Assembly: GCA_963741545.1 (NCBI GenBank) | Contig: CAVUIN010000018.1 | Location: forward strand, 70,867 to 134,866 | Length of the DNA stretch: 64,000 nucleotides | Source of the DNA: an uncultured Alphaproteobacteria bacterium | Lineage (GTDB): Bacteria > Pseudomonadota > Alphaproteobacteria > Rhizobiales > Hyphomicrobiaceae | Reading direction: 5' to 3' | Part shown: positions 29,184-41,965 of the stretch, piece by piece | Position numbering within the stretch: the first letter of the stretch is position 1 | Layout: every line of letters starts with the position of its first letter | Position numbers and translations under genes: made by a program | Notes under the pieces: generated by a model | What the model saw: only the letters and a program-made list of their open reading frames with translations | The model's database searches: none | Told to the model about the DNA's origin: nothing

Positions 29184-31328
29184 TCAGACTGCGATGCGTT
29201 GCGCTTTCGGGCTTTCGTGAGCGCGGGCAAGCCACTTCGACAAGACCGTTGCAAGCTGCATTTCCGAGAACGGTTTGCTCAGGAAGCCGTCCATGTTCGC
29301 CGCCATGCAGAGTTTGCGGTCCGCTTCGTAAGCGTTGGCCGTGACCGCCACGATCGGCACGCGCGTGTGGTTCGATGCTTTGGCGAGAGCCCGGATTTGG
29401 GCGGTCGCGGCAACGCCGTCGATTTCTGGCATCTGGACGTCCATCAAGATGAGATCGAATTGGCCCTTCTTATAAGCGTTAATCGCCTCGGCACCGTTTT
29501 GGGCAACTTCGAAAGTGCAACCGAAGCAGCGCAGGAATTCGCTGGCGACTTCGATGTTGACGGGGTTGTCCTCGGCGAGCAACACGTGTCCTGAGAACTG
29601 TGCGCTCACGTGTTGAGCGGAATGATTTTGTTCGGCGCGAACCGATCGGCGTTCGGCGGCTTCTAACGGCAATGTGCAGACGACCGTCGTGCCTTGACCA
29701 AGTTCGCTTCGGGCGACGATCGATCCGTTCATCAATTGCGCAAGCTGGCTTGAAATGGCGAGACCTAGGCCGGTTCCGCCGAAGCGGCGCGTGATGGACT
29801 GGTCGCCTTGGGCGAAGGGTTTGAATATCCGCGACAGCGTCGAGGCGCTCATGCCAATGCCGGTGTCGCGGATCTCGATGTTGGTCGCCGGCGATCCGTC
29901 ATCCATGCGGCCCTGCATAACGCGAACGGCAATTTCGCCGGCACTCGTGAACTTGACGGCGTTGCCGAAGAGATTGACGCAAATCTGCCGGATGCGGCCC
30001 GCATCGCCCTTCACAAAATCCGGCACGTCATGATCGATCAGCACCTTGAGCGCGAGACCCTTTTTCTCGGCTTCGCCCGCCAACAGGGAGATGCTGTCTT
30101 CAATGCACTGCCTCAAATCCATGGGTGCGATTTCGAGGTCCAACGTGTTGGCTTCGATTTTCGAAATGTCGAGGATGTCGTTGATGATCGCCAGCAAGGT
30201 CGTTGCCGATTGACTGATCGTCTTTGTGAGGCGCTGCTGGCGCTCGTCAAGATCGGTGCGTAGCAGCAGGTCCGTCATGCCGAACACGCCGTTCATGGGC
30301 GTGCGGATTTCGTGGCTCATGTTGGCGAGGAACAGTGATTTCGCCCGGTTGGCTTTTTCGGCCTCGTTTCTAGCCGCTTGCATGTCCGCGGTGCGTTCGA
30401 CGACCTTTTGTTCGAGTTCACTATTCAAAACTGTCAAAGCGGCGTCCGACTCTGCACTCTTAGCCTGGGCGAGCTGGAGGGATTTTGACATACCAGTGAA
30501 TGCCGACGTCAGCTTATCCAGTTCGTCGTGAGATGACCCTTCTGCCAATTCGATGTAGTTGCCGCGGGAAACTTCGCTCAAGCCGACTTGCAGTTTTTGA
30601 ATTCTTGAAATGACCGATTGCGAAAGCAGAGCGCTGCCCGTCAGCATGGCAAGAAAGAGAATGCCGACAAAGCCGAGGGTCAAGGTTCCTCCCTCAGAAA
30701 TCGAACGCTGGACGGCTTCTTCATTAAGGCGAAGCGTAGCTTCAAGCCGCGCGACCGCCGAGCCGATCGCGTCAAGGGCCTCGGTTTCGGCAGCCTCAAG
30801 CCGCTCTTTGCCAGCAATCAGTTCTTCCGGCGGCACGCCGCGATCCACCATTGCGACGAGATCGCCGGCCATTTGGGACAGCTGGGTGCTCTTCTTGGAA
30901 ATTTCCTCAAATGTAGCCTCCCCGCCTGGAGGGTACTTTTGAACGAGCCTGGCGTATGTTTTCAGGCTAGCATCCAGGGCTTCCTTGCCCTCATTCGACA
31001 ATCTCTTTTCGGTTTTGATCGCCTCGCCTGGTTCGCTCACTCTCTCCTGTGTGACGGCAATAGAGCGCAGAAAAAGATGCTCGCTCGTCGAGGCAACGAT
31101 GCGCAATGCGCCTGCACGGAGTTCTTGAAGTGCGTCGAGGACGGGTAACGTCTCTTCTGTCACCATATGGAATTGTCGTGCGACGTTCTTCGAATGCTGA
31201 AACGCAGCAAAGAATGCCAAGGACAGAGCCGCAAGTCCGGCGCAGTTGAGTACCAGCATTCGGTGCGTGAGCTGCACGGTATGATTGCCTTCTATTGGGC
31301 AGACTTCGAAAATTGCAATGGAAAGCAT
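29184..31328 (-). CDS. Hybrid sensor histidine kinase/response regulator
   Basis: TM-periplasmic-TM-HAMP, [36 protein letters not shown]; start uncertain. Confidence 0.93.
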   Translation of the reverse strand: MLSIAIFEVCPIEGNHTVQLTHRMLVLNCAGLAALSLAFFAAFQHSKNVARQFHMVTEETLPVLDALQELRAGALRIVASTSEHLFLRSIAVTQERVSEPGEAIKTEKRLSNEGKEALDASLKTYARLVQKYPPGGEATFEEISKKSTQLSQMAGDLVAMVDRGVPPEELIAGKERLEAAETEALDAIGSAVARLEATLRLNEEAVQRSISEGGTLTLGFVGILFLAMLTGSALLSQSVISRIQKLQVGLSEVSRGNYIELAEGSSHDELDKLTSAFTGMSKSLQLAQAKSAESDAALTVLNSELEQKVVERTADMQAARNEAEKANRAKSLFLANMSHEIRTPMNGVFGMTDLLLRTDLDERQQRLTKTISQSATTLLAIINDILDISKIEANTLDLEIAPMDLRQCIEDSISLLAGEAEKKGLALKVLIDHDVPDFVKGDAGRIRQICVNLFGNAVKFTSAGEIAVRVMQGRMDDGSPATNIEIRDTGIGMSASTLSRIFKPFAQGDQSITRRFGGTGLGLAISSQLAQLMNGSIVARSELGQGTTVVCTLPLEAAERRSVRAEQNHSAQHVSAQFSGHVLLAEDNPVNIEVASEFLRCFGCTFEVAQNGAEAINAYKKGQFDLILMDVQMPEIDGVAATAQIRALAKASNHTRVPIVAVTANAYEADRKLCMAANMDGFLSKPFSEMQLATVLSKWLARAHESPKAQRIAV

Positions 31329-31573
31329 TACTCCTAAATGCCAAAGCAGCGATTAATCCGGCGGTTGCAATCCGTTAAATGGGGTCGATTCGAGATATTG
31401 AAGCCACGGGGCGGCGCTGAGCGTGATTAAGTAAAAGTTATTTGCCGGAAGGATGCGGCACAGGTTCCCATTCGGCGCGTGTGCGTTGAGACCTTGTCGC
31501 CGCGCGGGGCCGCCTTGATGAATTTTGCGTTGCCTTCTATGGTCACCGAGGAAATTTCAGAGGCCAAATCCAA

Positions 31574-32419
31574 ATGCAATTTCAAGGCACGAAAAATTAC
31601 GTCGCGACGGACGATTTGAAAATCGCCGTCAATGCCGCGATCACGCTGCAGCGGCCGTTGCTCATCAAAGGCGAGCCGGGAACGGGGAAATCCGTTCTGG
31701 CCAGCGAAGTGGCGCGTTCGCTCGGCGTGCCGCTCATCGAATGGCACATCAAGTCGACGACCAAAGCGCAACAGGGCTTGTACGAGTATGATGCGGTGTC
31801 GCGGCTGCGCGACGGGCAGCTCGGCGACGCGCGCGTCAAGGACATTTCCAATTACATCCGGCGTGGCAAACTCTGGGACGCGTTCACGCTCGAGAAGCGC
31901 GCCGTGCTCTTGATCGACGAAATCGACAAGGCCGATATCGAATTCCCGAACGACCTGTTGCAGGAACTCGATCGCATGGAGTTCTTCGTCTACGAGACGG
32001 GCGAGACCATCAAAGCTGTGACGCGCCCGATCGTCATGATTACGTCGAACAATGAGAAGGAATTGCCGGACGCTTTCCTGCGCCGCTGCTTTTTTCATTT
32101 CATCAAGTTCCCCGATGCCGAGACGATGAAGCAGATTGTCGAGGTGCATTTCCCAGGATTGAAGGGGCGCTTGGTGCAAGAGGCGCTGCGTGTGTTCTAT
32201 GAACTGCGCGAGGTGCCGGGCTTGAAGAAAAAGCCGTCGACGTCGGAATTACTCGACTGGCTGAAGCTGTTGTTGAACGAAGACATCGATCCGGCGCTGT
32301 TGCGCGAAAGCGATCCGCGCAAGCTGATCCCGCCGCTGGCCGGCGCCTTGATCAAGAACGAGCAGGACGCGCATTTGCTGGAGCGGCTGGCGTTCATGAC
32401 GCGACGGCGGGGGGAGTAA
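31574..32419 (+). CDS. MoxR-family AAA ATPase
   Basis: GEPGTGKS, YEYDAVSRLRD, LLIDEIDKAD, ELPDAFLRRC. Confidence 0.93.
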   Translation: MQFQGTKNYVATDDLKIAVNAAITLQRPLLIKGEPGTGKSVLASEVARSLGVPLIEWHIKSTTKAQQGLYEYDAVSRLRDGQLGDARVKDISNYIRRGKLWDAFTLEKRAVLLIDEIDKADIEFPNDLLQELDRMEFFVYETGETIKAVTRPIVMITSNNEKELPDAFLRRCFFHFIKFPDAETMKQIVEVHFPGLKGRLVQEALRVFYELREVPGLKKKPSTSELLDWLKLLLNEDIDPALLRESDPRKLIPPLAGALIKNEQDAHLLERLAFMTRRRGE

Positions 32420-32442
32420 TTGTTGAAAGAAAGGCATCCACT

Positions 32443-32895
32443 ATGTCCATCAACCAACGGCTTCAAGACCTCGGGATTACGCTTCCAAACGTGAAGGCAC
32501 CTGCCGCGAACTACGCCAACGCCACGCGCACAGGCAATCTCGTCTACGTTTCCGGTACGGTCCCCGTGCTACCAAATGGCGATCTTCCCAAGGGAAAGGT
32601 GGGGCGTGATGTGACGACCGCAGAGGCGGCCAGCCACGCCCGCTTAGTTGGGTTGCAAATTCTCGCGATCCTCAAGCAAGAAATCGGAGATCTCGATCGC
32701 GCCGTGAAGGTCGTCAAACTACTCGGGCTCGTGAACGCCACGCCTGATTATGAGGAGCACTCAAAGGTCATCAATGGGTGCTCGGATTTGTTCGCCGAGA
32801 TATTTGGCGCGCGACATGCACGGTCCTCTGTCGGCGTCGGCAGCTTGCCCTTCGGACTAACCCTCGAAATCGAGGCAATCTTCGAGGTGATGTGA
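32443..32895 (+). CDS. RidA family protein
   Basis: PAANY, GNLVYVSG, HARSSVGVGSLP, EIEAIF. Confidence 0.9.
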   Translation: MSINQRLQDLGITLPNVKAPAANYANATRTGNLVYVSGTVPVLPNGDLPKGKVGRDVTTAEAASHARLVGLQILAILKQEIGDLDRAVKVVKLLGLVNATPDYEEHSKVINGCSDLFAEIFGARHARSSVGVGSLPFGLTLEIEAIFEVM

Positions 32896-33010
32896 TGTTC
32901 AAGTTGCGTCCAGCGCGCGCACTTTGCAGTCGACCCAGTGCCCAAAGGCGCTTCCGTCCGGCTCGAGGATCGAATGCCGGATGCGCGCAGCAAAAAAGAA
33001 CAAAAGGTGA

Positions 33011-33041
33011 TTGACACAAAAGAACAAACAAGGTACATGAT
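33011..33041 (+). promoter_or_regulatory. recA promoter with alphaproteobacterial LexA box
   Basis: TTGACA at 33011-33016; GAAC-N7-GTAC at 33022-33036. Confidence 0.75.
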
Positions 33042-33090
33042 AGGTTAATTGCTGAAACGCGGCACTTGCCATAGCTAAGAGGGCAGAATC

Positions 33091-34228
33091 ATGGACCGGT
33101 CAGAGCTGACAGTGTTCGAAGGGGGAAAGATGGACAAGAAGCAGGCGCTCGATCAGGCACTCGCGCAGATCGACAAGACCTTCGGCAAGGGGTCGATCAT
33201 GCGGCTTGGCGCCAACGACAAGGTCGATATCGACTCGATCTCGACGGGTTCGTTGGGGCTCGACATCGCGCTCGGCATCGGCGGCTTGCCCAAGGGCCGT
33301 GTCATCGAAATCTATGGGCCTGAGTCTTCGGGCAAGACGACGTTGGCGCTACAAGTTTTGGCTGAAGCCCAGAAGAAGGGCGGCACGTGCGCGTTCATCG
33401 ACGCGGAACATGCGCTTGATCCTGGATACGCCCGTAAGCTCGGCGTCAAAATCGAAGACCTGCTGATTTCGCAGCCCGACACAGGTGAACAGGCGCTCGA
33501 AATCGCCGACACGCTGGTGCGTTCAGGCGCCGTTGACGTGCTGGTCATCGATAGTGTCGCGGCGCTGACACCCAAAGCCGAACTTGAAGGCGACATGGGC
33601 GATAGCTTGCCGGGATTGCAGGCGCGTTTGATGAGTCAGGCGCTGCGCAAACTGACGGGCTCGATTTCGAAATCGGGCTGCATGGTCATTTTCATCAACC
33701 AGATCCGCATGAAAATCGGCGTCATGTTCGGCAACCCGGAAACGACGACCGGCGGCAACGCCTTGAAGTTTTATGCGTCTGTTCGCTTGGATATCCGGCG
33801 CATCGGCCAGATCAAGGCGCAGGAAGACGTGGTCGGCAACCAGACGCGCGTCAAGGTCGTCAAAAACAAGGTCGCGCCGCCATTCAAGCAGGTTGAGTTC
33901 GACATCATGTATGGCGAGGGTATTTCCAAAACCGGCGAGCTCGTCGATCTTGGCGTCAAAGCGGGCATCGTTGAAAAGTCTGGCTCTTGGATTTCCTATA
34001 ATGGCGAGCGCATCGGTCAGGGCCGCGAGAACGCGAAGACGTTCCTGAAGGAAAATCCGAAGATCGCCGCCGAGCTTGAGCGCGCCATCCGCGCCAACGC
34101 CGGGCTTGATTGTCGAAAAGATGCTGGCGAACCCCGATGCCGGCGAAGACGACGGCGAAGAGCCGGACGCCGACGGTGTGCTGCCCGACGAGGGCGAAGC
34201 GCCGAAGAAGGCCAAGGGCCGCAAGTAG
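33091..34228 (+). CDS. recA: Recombinase A (apparent frameshift near 34103 in the C-terminal tail)
   Basis: [38 protein letters not shown]; acidic tail in the shifted frame ends at TAG 34228. Confidence 0.98.
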
Positions 34229-34292
34229 GCAATAGGCAATAGGTAAGGCGGGGTGTCAGAGCAGGGTTGCCTGCTCGTGACGGCGCCAGAAC

Positions 34293-34319
34293 AGGCGGGC
34301 TTTAAAGGCCCGCCTTTTC
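34293..34319 (+). terminator. Probable recA terminator
   Basis: AGGCGGGC..GCCCGCCT followed by T-run. Confidence 0.55.
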
Positions 34320-34441
34320 GCGTTTTGAGAACCCAGATTTGCGCCGCTGGATCAAAGGCGTTTTGCCTTTGTGGACAGCGGGAAAGCGCGCCGCTACAAG
34401 TCGCGCGAAACAGATTCATTTTTGCCCGAGAGCACCACAGC

Positions 34442-37141
34442 ATGGCTGGCGTCAGCGAAATACGTTCCTCATTCCTGGATTACTTTAAGAAGAACGGCCA
34501 CGAGGTTGTGGCCTCGTCTCCGCTCGTGCCGCGCAACGACCCGACGCTGATGTTCACCAACGCCGGTATGGTGCAATTCAAGAACGTCTTCACCGGCCAG
34601 GAGACGCGCGCCATTCCCCGCGCCGCCTCAAGCCAAAAGTGCGTGCGCGCCGGGGGCAAGCATAACGACCTCGACAACGTCGGCTACACCGCGCGCCACC
34701 ACACCTTCTTCGAGATGCTCGGCAATTTTTCGTTTGGCGATTACTTCAAGGACCGGGCGATTGAGCTCGCCTGGAACCTGATCACCAAGGATTTCGGTCT
34801 CGACAAGAAGCGCTTGATGGTGACGGTCTATCATGACGACGACCAGGCGCACGGGCTTTGGAAAAAGATCGCAGGGCTCAGCGATGACCGCATCATCCGC
34901 ATCCCGACGTCGGACAACTTCTGGGCCATGGGCGACACGGGGCCGTGCGGGCCGTGTTCGGAAATCTTCTATGACCATGGCGACAAGATCCCGGGTGGAC
35001 CTCCGGGCTCCGCTGATGCCGATGGCGACCGCTTTATCGAGATCTGGAATCTCGTCTTTATGCAGTATGAGCAGCGTGGTCCGGGCGACCGCGTGGCGCT
35101 GCCAAAACCCTCGATCGATACCGGCATGGGCTTGGAGCGCATCGCCGCCGTGCTTCAAGGCAAGCATAACAACTACGAGATCGATCTGTTCGAGAACCTC
35201 ATCCAGAGCATCCGCGAAGAATGCCGCAAACTTGGCGCGGGCGAGACGAGCAAAACGATTGACGTCGTGCCCGCGCGGCGCGTCATCGCCGATCACTTGC
35301 GCGCGACGAGCTTCCTCATCGCCGACGGCGTGCTGCCGTCGAACGAAGGGCGAGGCTACGTGCTCCGCCGGATCATGCGCCGCGCCATGCGTTACGCGCA
35401 CCAAATGGGCTGCGCGGAGCCGCTGATGTTCCGCCTCGTTCCCGCGCTTGTCAAAGAAATGGGCGACGCATTCCCGGAACTTGTGCGCGGACAAGCGCTG
35501 ATCGCGGAAACGCTGCAACTCGAAGAGACGCGATTCAAAAAGACGCTTGAGAACGGCTTGAAGCTGCTCGGCGAGGAATCCGCTCCCCTGACAAAGGGCG
35601 CGGTGTTCCCGGGCGACGTCGCCTTCAAGCTCTATGACACGTTCGGTTTTCCGCTTGATCTCACAGAGGACGCGCTGCGTCCGCGCGGGATCAGCGTTGA
35701 TAACGCGGCCTTCCAGGCGGCGATGAAAAAGCAGAAGGATGCCGCCCGCGCAGCTTGGAAAGGTTCGGGCGATGCGGCGACGGAGTCCGTCTGGTTCGAC
35801 ATTAAAGAGAAATCCGGCGCGACGGAATTCTTGGGCTACGACACGGAAAGTGCCGAGGGCGCGATTGCCGCGCTCGTCAAAAGCGGCAAAGAAGCGGGCG
35901 AACTCAAATCCGGCGACGAGGGCGCGCTCGTTCTCAATCAAACGCCGTTTTATGGCGAGAGCGGCGGCCAGGTTGGCGATACCGGAGTGATCAAAGGTGT
36001 CAAAGGCGCGGTGTTTCGCGTCACCAGCACGCAGAAGAAGCTCGGCGACCTCTTCGTCCACATCGGCAAGGTTGAAGCGGGCCACTTCAAGAGTGGCGAT
36101 GCCGTTGAACTCATCGTTGATCATGGGGCGAGAACAGCAACGCGCGCCAATCACTCGGCCACGCATTTGTTGCATGAAGCGCTGCGCCAGATTTTGGGCA
36201 CGCACGTTGCGCAGAAAGGGTCGCTGGTTTCACCCGAACGATTGCGCTTCGACTTCTCGCACACAAAGCCGATGAGTGCGGACGATATCAAAGCGGTTGA
36301 GGATATGGCCAATGCCGTGCTGCTCGAGAACACAGCGGTCGAAACGCGGTTGATGGGCCTTGAAGAAGCGCGCGCGTCCGGAGCGATGGCGCTGTTCGGC
36401 GAAAAATACGGAGACGAAGTTCGCGTCGTGGCGATGGGCAAGGTCATTCCCGGCGCCAACAAAGCTTGGTCGGTGGAACTGTGCGGCGGCACGCACGTCA
36501 GGCGCACGGGCGATATCGGCTTGATCAAGGTCGTCGCGGAAAGCGCGAGCGCGGCCGGCGTGCGCCGTCTCGAAGCGCTGACGGGCGAAGGCGCGCGCGC
36601 CTATCTCGCCGAACAAGATGCGCGCGTCAAAGAAGCAGCCGGCGTTCTGCGCACGCGGCCTGAGGATTTGGTAGAGCGCTTGAAGGCACTTGTCGAAGAA
36701 CGCAAGTCGCTTGAGAAGCAGCTGGCCGATGCGAAGCGTCAGATCGCGCTCGGCGGCGGCGCGGGCGCTGCCGCGGCGAACGGCGCGGCGGCGGGCGGCG
36801 ATGCCATCAAGACGATCGGCGCGGTCAAGCTGCTCGCGCGAACCGTGCAAGGCTTGAACCCGAAAGATCTTCGCGGGCTCATCGATGACGGCAAGAAGCA
36901 AGTCGTCTCGGGCATTGTTGCGGTTGTCGGCGTGACGGAAGACGGCAAAGCGGGCCTCGCGGTCGGAGTGACGGACGACCTGACCAAAACCTGGAGCGCG
37001 GTCGAACTGGTTAAAGTTGGTGCCGAAGCCCTTGGCGGTAAAGGCGGCGGCGGCAGGCCCGACATGGCGCAAGCGGGCGGCCCCGATGGCGCGAAAGCCG
37101 CCGACGCGCTCAAGGCCATCGAGGCACATCTGGCTGGCTAG
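34442..37141 (+). CDS. alaS: Alanine-tRNA ligase
   Basis: [59 protein letters not shown]. Confidence 0.98.
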   Translation: MAGVSEIRSSFLDYFKKNGHEVVASSPLVPRNDPTLMFTNAGMVQFKNVFTGQETRAIPRAASSQKCVRAGGKHNDLDNVGYTARHHTFFEMLGNFSFGDYFKDRAIELAWNLITKDFGLDKKRLMVTVYHDDDQAHGLWKKIAGLSDDRIIRIPTSDNFWAMGDTGPCGPCSEIFYDHGDKIPGGPPGSADADGDRFIEIWNLVFMQYEQRGPGDRVALPKPSIDTGMGLERIAAVLQGKHNNYEIDLFENLIQSIREECRKLGAGETSKTIDVVPARRVIADHLRATSFLIADGVLPSNEGRGYVLRRIMRRAMRYAHQMGCAEPLMFRLVPALVKEMGDAFPELVRGQALIAETLQLEETRFKKTLENGLKLLGEESAPLTKGAVFPGDVAFKLYDTFGFPLDLTEDALRPRGISVDNAAFQAAMKKQKDAARAAWKGSGDAATESVWFDIKEKSGATEFLGYDTESAEGAIAALVKSGKEAGELKSGDEGALVLNQTPFYGESGGQVGDTGVIKGVKGAVFRVTSTQKKLGDLFVHIGKVEAGHFKSGDAVELIVDHGARTATRANHSATHLLHEALRQILGTHVAQKGSLVSPERLRFDFSHTKPMSADDIKAVEDMANAVLLENTAVETRLMGLEEARASGAMALFGEKYGDEVRVVAMGKVIPGANKAWSVELCGGTHVRRTGDIGLIKVVAESASAAGVRRLEALTGEGARAYLAEQDARVKEAAGVLRTRPEDLVERLKALVEERKSLEKQLADAKRQIALGGGAGAAAANGAAAGGDAIKTIGAVKLLARTVQGLNPKDLRGLIDDGKKQVVSGIVAVVGVTEDGKAGLAVGVTDDLTKTWSAVELVKVGAEALGGKGGGGRPDMAQAGGPDGAKAADALKAIEAHLAG

Positions 37142-37244
37142 CGGCTAGAACGCCTCAACCTCTCCAAAATTTCACGCTTTTTCTTTAGGCCGTGCCGCTA
37201 TAGAAGGCGGCGGGTTCAACGTTCGAATAAGGGTCATCCGGGTC

Positions 37245-37721
37245 ATGTCGATTAAGTCGCTTCTTGCCGCCGCCATTGCCGCCGCGCTTTTTTCCACGTC
37301 CGCCGTTGCCGCCGAGGACATCGTGAAACCGGATGCGACGCCGCCGCCAGCCGCCGGCCCAACAATCGCGGCGGCGGAAGCCTTCTGCGGCGACCCGACC
37401 GGCAAGGCGGACGAGCTCGCCAAACTTTACATGGGCAAGGCCGGTCTGAAACAGGTCGACAAGAGCACAGAGTTTCTGACCTACGCGGACGACGAAAAAA
37501 ATCCGACAGTCATGTACAATTTCACGACCGACAAGAGCCCGGCGCATCCGTCCGCCGTGTGCCGCAAGTTCGTCAAGGATGGCGATCAGGTGGGCTTGAA
37601 GTACAATGTCGTGTGCGGCGCTGCAGAACAAGCCTGCGCCAAGCTCACCAACGACTTCAACGTTTTGATTGCGCGCATGCAGGCTGCGGTCGAAGGCAAG
37701 ATCAAAGACGACGGCAAGTAA
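37245..37721 (+). CDS. Secreted hypothetical protein
   Basis: Signal peptide, four Cys, AHPSAVCR motif. Confidence 0.75.
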   Translation: MSIKSLLAAAIAAALFSTSAVAAEDIVKPDATPPPAAGPTIAAAEAFCGDPTGKADELAKLYMGKAGLKQVDKSTEFLTYADDEKNPTVMYNFTTDKSPAHPSAVCRKFVKDGDQVGLKYNVVCGAAEQACAKLTNDFNVLIARMQAAVEGKIKDDGK

Positions 37722-37808
37722 TGCCGCAACTTCGTCGCGTGCCAAACGACTTTGGCCCGGCAGGGGAAGTACCCGCCGGGCCGGTTTGCATTTGAGCTGG
37801 CAAGCGGC

Positions 37809-38676
37809 TCAGCTGGAAATCGCGCCGAACTTGCCGCCTTCGAATTCGGCAATCGCCTGACGGATTTCGGCCTGCGTGTTCATGACGAACGGGCCGTGGG
37901 CGGCAACAGGCTCATTGATCGGCGCGCCAGCGAGCACGAGCAGCTTTGCGTCATTGTTCGGCCTCGATCGTGACCTCTCCACCCTCGTTCGCCAGAATGA
38001 CGACTTGAGCTTCGCGGGCGATCTTTTCACTGTTGACCAACACAGTGCCGGCGAGAACCGCGAGCGCGACTGTGTGCCCTTCGGGCAGTGCGAACGCCGC
38101 CGTCTTTCCGGCATTCATCCGCACGTCCCAGATTTCGAGGGGCGTGAAGGTGCGCGCGGGTCCATTGTGGCCGTCAAAGCTTCCGGCGATAACGCGCACA
38201 TTGCCGGCACCCCCCGGCAATGCCACCGACGGAATGCTGGCGGCTTCGAGCGACTGATAGCCGGGCGCAACCGTCTTGTCTTTGGCGGGCAGATTGACCC
38301 ACAGCTGCACCATTTCGAAGGGTCCTCCTTTGGCCGTGAAGGCCTTGGAATGGAACTCCTGATGCAGAATTCCGGAACCCGCCGTCATCCACTGCACGTC
38401 GCCCGGACCGATGATGCCGCCGCCGCCGGTCGAGTCACGATGTTCGACTTCGCCATCGTAGACGATCGTGACGGTCTCGAAGCCCTTGTGCGGATGCTCG
38501 CCGACGCCGCGCGGACGTGCTGCGGCATCGAACGCGTAGGGGCCCGCGTAGTCGAGCAGCAGGAACGGGCTGATGGCGGGGCCCTGCGCGTGGTGCGAGA
38601 GCAACGAGCGAACGGGAAAGCCGTCGCCGACCCAATGGGGACGAGGGGCGTCGAGAACACGGAGAATATTTCGCAT
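37809..38676 (-). CDS. Pirin family protein (frameshift near 37955)
   Basis: [45 protein letters not shown]. Confidence 0.93.
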
Positions 38677-38898
38677 GACCGCTCCTTTCAGTTGGAGGTT
38701 TGTGACGCGTTTAAATGGTCACAAACGGATGGCACGCGCAATGGTCCGCGACAATGCTCATAGGCACGTGCGGGTAACCGGTCTTCGCGTTCTCATCGCA
38801 AGGGCCGCAGAAAAGAACAGGTGTCCCAAGGCGTTCATTTCGCGTTCAACCGCCGCGGAATAGCGTGCTCCAACATTTTAGAATGTTGGGAGCGAACC

Positions 38899-39202
38899 AT
38901 GAGATTCCGGATTGCACTTGCCGGCCGCGGCTCTCGTGATGTGCGGGCAGATGCCAGCCTTCGCCACGACCGATGGTATCTGCTTTGGGATGGCCAATGT
39001 GCCTGCAGGCGAGACGTTGAACTTGAGGGCGGGCCCGAGTGCCAGGGCGCCAATACGCGCGCGGCTTGGAAACAGTTCCGAACCGATCCTGGCGAAGGAT
39101 GGTCCTTGCGGCCGCTGGTGCCGCGTTGCGGTCTATGCCGGCAATTGGACCAAACGCGGCTGGATCAATTCCCGCTACCTGCGCCGCCGCGAGTGTCCAT
39201 AA
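38899..39202 (+). CDS. Secreted bacterial SH3-domain protein (frameshift in signal peptide)
   Basis: TLNLRAGPS, WCRV, GWINSRYL. Confidence 0.75.
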
Positions 39203-39218
39203 GTGCTCAGTGCGAACT

Positions 39219-39986
39219 TCACCATTTCGATTGGGTCCAATCGATGGTGTTGAAGTCGGTCAAGAGCGCGGCGACCTTGCCCTCCGCATCATAGCCGAAC
39301 CACGACGTGTAGAATCCGTCACCCCAGCCGCTGTGGAACATCGCAACGTTGACGTCGCCGAGCGCGAGCATGAGCACGAAGGAGTAGGGGCCGATCACTT
39401 TCGGCCCGTTCGCTTCGCCTTCCGTCTGCCAAGTCTCCCAGGCGTTCTCGTCTTTGTCGAGCAGTGCCTTGGCTGCCGCGCTCGCTGCGGGATCGAAAAA
39501 CGAACCCGTACCCGCATCGACGCCATAGCCGAAATTTTCGCCCGGCTTGAGGTCGGAGAGCCGCTGCCCTTCGATCAGCGCTTGGCTCCAGCGCACGACC
39601 GGCGCGCCTGAGAAATCGACGCGGGCGAAGGCGACGCGGTTGTCTTTCACCTCTCCTGCGGGGTGAAAGCCAACGGCGAGACGAACCGGAAATTGTCCGT
39701 TCGGCACCTCCTGCGTGAAGGGCTTTCTGTCAGTGAGGAAGACGAACGGGTCAGCGGCGCAAATCCTCCCGCTCTTAATGATAAGCGTCCCGATCTCGAT
39801 TGTTTTGAATGCGACAGTGTCGGTACGCGGCTCTCCGGCTTCGGGTGTGGCGGTGGTTGCCACGGAAAATCCGGGCGCAAAAGATTTCTCAAACACGTCC
39901 GAATAGGCCGGCGGATCGCCGGGCGCGGCGAATGCCGGCGTGGAGAAAAGTCCGATGAGCCACGCCAGAATTCCAACTCTGCGCAT
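39219..39986 (-). CDS. DUF4241 family protein with signal peptide
   Basis: SGRICAADPF, GYGVDAGTG, HSGWGDGFY. Confidence 0.8.
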   Translation of the reverse strand: MRRVGILAWLIGLFSTPAFAAPGDPPAYSDVFEKSFAPGFSVATTATPEAGEPRTDTVAFKTIEIGTLIIKSGRICAADPFVFLTDRKPFTQEVPNGQFPVRLAVGFHPAGEVKDNRVAFARVDFSGAPVVRWSQALIEGQRLSDLKPGENFGYGVDAGTGSFFDPAASAAAKALLDKDENAWETWQTEGEANGPKVIGPYSFVLMLALGDVNVAMFHSGWGDGFYTSWFGYDAEGKVAALLTDFNTIDWTQSKW

Positions 39987-39988
39987 GC

Positions 39989-41209
39989 TCAAGCCGCCTT
40001 GGTCATCGCCGACTTCAAATTCTCATCCACCTTGTCGAGGAACCCGGTGGTCGAAAGCCACTTCTGATCGGGGCCGACGAGGAGAGCTAAGTCCTTGGTC
40101 ATATGACCGGCTTCGACGGTATCGACGCAGACTTTTTCTAGCGTTGACGCAAATTTCTCAAGCGCCGGATTGTTGTCGAGCTTGGCACGATGCAGCAGAC
40201 CGCGCGTCCAGGCGAAGATCGAGGCAATGGCGTTGGTCGAGGTTTCCTTGCCCTTCTGGTGCTCGCGGTAGTGGCGCGTGACGGTGCCGTGCGCCGCTTC
40301 GGCTTCCATCGTCTTGCCATCGGGCGTCATCAAAACTGATGTCATCAAGCCGAGCGAGCCGAACCCTTGCGCGACGGTATCGGACTGCACGTCGCCGTCG
40401 TAGTTTTTGCACGCCCAAACGTATCCGCCCGACCACTTCATGGCGGATGCCACCATGTCATCGATCAAGCGGTGTTCGTAGACCAGCTTGCGCTTGTCGA
40501 ACTCGGCCTTGAATTCGGCGTCGAAGATTTCCTGGAAGATGTCCTTGAAACGCCCGTCATAGGCTTTGAGAATGGTGTTCTTGGTCGAGAGATAAACCGG
40601 ATAGTTGCGGTTCAAGCCGTAGTTCAAGGAGGCGCGGGCGAATTCGCGGATGCTCTCATCGAGATTGTACATGGCCATGGCGACGCCGGCGCCGGGCGCT
40701 TTGAACACTTCCTTCTCGATCACCTTGCCGTCGTCGCCAACGAACTTGATCGTCAGCACACCCTTGCCGGGGAATTTGAAATCGGTCGCTTTGTATTGGT
40801 CGCCAAACGCGTGTCGGCCGACAATGATAGGTTGCGTCCAGCCGGGCACGAGGCGCGGCACGTTCTTGCAGATGATAGGCTCGCGGAAGATGACGCCGCC
40901 CAAGATGTTGCGGATCGTGCCGTTGGGGCTCTTCCACATTTCCTTCAAGTTGAATTCTTTGACGCGCGCCTCGTCCGGCGTGATGGTGGCGCACTTGACG
41001 CCGACGCCATGTTTCTTGATGGCGTTGGCGGCGTCGATCGTCACCTGATCGTTGGTTTTGTCGCGATACTCGACGCCGAGGTCGTAATATTCCAGCGGCA
41101 CGTCGAGGTAAGGGTGGATCAGCTTGTCTTTGATGAGTTTCCAGATGATGCGGGTCATCTCATCGCCGTCGAGTTCGACAACGGTTCCGGTCACCTTGAT
41201 CTTTTTCAT
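39989..41209 (-). CDS. icd: NADP-dependent isocitrate dehydrogenase
   Basis: [47 protein letters not shown]. Confidence 0.97.
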   Translation of the reverse strand: MKKIKVTGTVVELDGDEMTRIIWKLIKDKLIHPYLDVPLEYYDLGVEYRDKTNDQVTIDAANAIKKHGVGVKCATITPDEARVKEFNLKEMWKSPNGTIRNILGGVIFREPIICKNVPRLVPGWTQPIIVGRHAFGDQYKATDFKFPGKGVLTIKFVGDDGKVIEKEVFKAPGAGVAMAMYNLDESIREFARASLNYGLNRNYPVYLSTKNTILKAYDGRFKDIFQEIFDAEFKAEFDKRKLVYEHRLIDDMVASAMKWSGGYVWACKNYDGDVQSDTVAQGFGSLGLMTSVLMTPDGKTMEAEAAHGTVTRHYREHQKGKETSTNAIASIFAWTRGLLHRAKLDNNPALEKFASTLEKVCVDTVEAGHMTKDLALLVGPDQKWLSTTGFLDKVDENLKSAMTKAA

Positions 41210-41965
41210 GTCGGATAAGCCTATGGGTTTGGCGTGATTGATGCGCCGCACCATAGTTGCGCCGGGTGCGCGCGCCAAGACCCGACAAAGGACCAGTGCG
41301 GCGGTTCTTCGCCACGCTTACTTTGAACCAATCGCCGCAGATATCCGGCGAGGCGGGCCGCTAACGGACGACTTGCCCCAGCTTGACGCCGGTTGCCTGT
41401 TGCGGCAATAAGCAGCGAATTCCGACCGGCTTTTGGTCCGGTGATATTGAGGCGGCAGGTGCCCCGCCAAGTTAAACAACCGGTGCCAAGCCTGATTTGA
41501 ACGATCAGTGACTGGTTATCACCGATCATGCTATGCGCAGGCCGCCGGAAGGGCCAAAGCAGGGCGCATACGGCAAAACGAGGGTTGACAAGGATGCCAT
41601 CAGGCCAAGACCGGTATTTTTCTTTGAAATTATGAAAATGCCTCCAGAGGTATGTTGGGAAAGGCGTAGTGGATCAAGTTCGCGCTCGAAAGAGCGTCAG
41701 AATTTGTCAGAGCGCTCACTTTCTAGGGACCGATCGACGGCGTGTCAATCGGCCGTGCGGGTGATACGGCGACCAGCTAGGCTATATCTCGGAGTGAGGC
41801 GAGCTGGGTCTGGTGCGGTATCCTTGCACCATCCTTGGGGCTACGGCTCGTTGCTCAGGCAATTCGTTCTGTCTTCATGGCTTGACAATTGAGGCTAGCA
41901 TTGGCACGGTGCTCTGCTGTACTCGGTATTGCGCGGGTTGCACATGACTTGTATTTGGTGCCTTG

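Noticed and set aside
31427-31441. Possible CtrA box upstream of the hybrid kinase
   Set aside because: Second half-site is imperfect (TTAT), too weak to call.
34628-37129. Long antisense ORFs opposite alaS (similar ones lie opposite moeA, icd and the amidohydrolase)
   Set aside because: Shadow ORFs caused by high-GC codon bias, with no protein motifs.
41530-41880. Series of short hairpins upstream of the chagasin gene
   Set aside because: Stems are only 5-8 bp, as expected by chance at this GC content, and protein-like fragments suggest a decayed gene instead.
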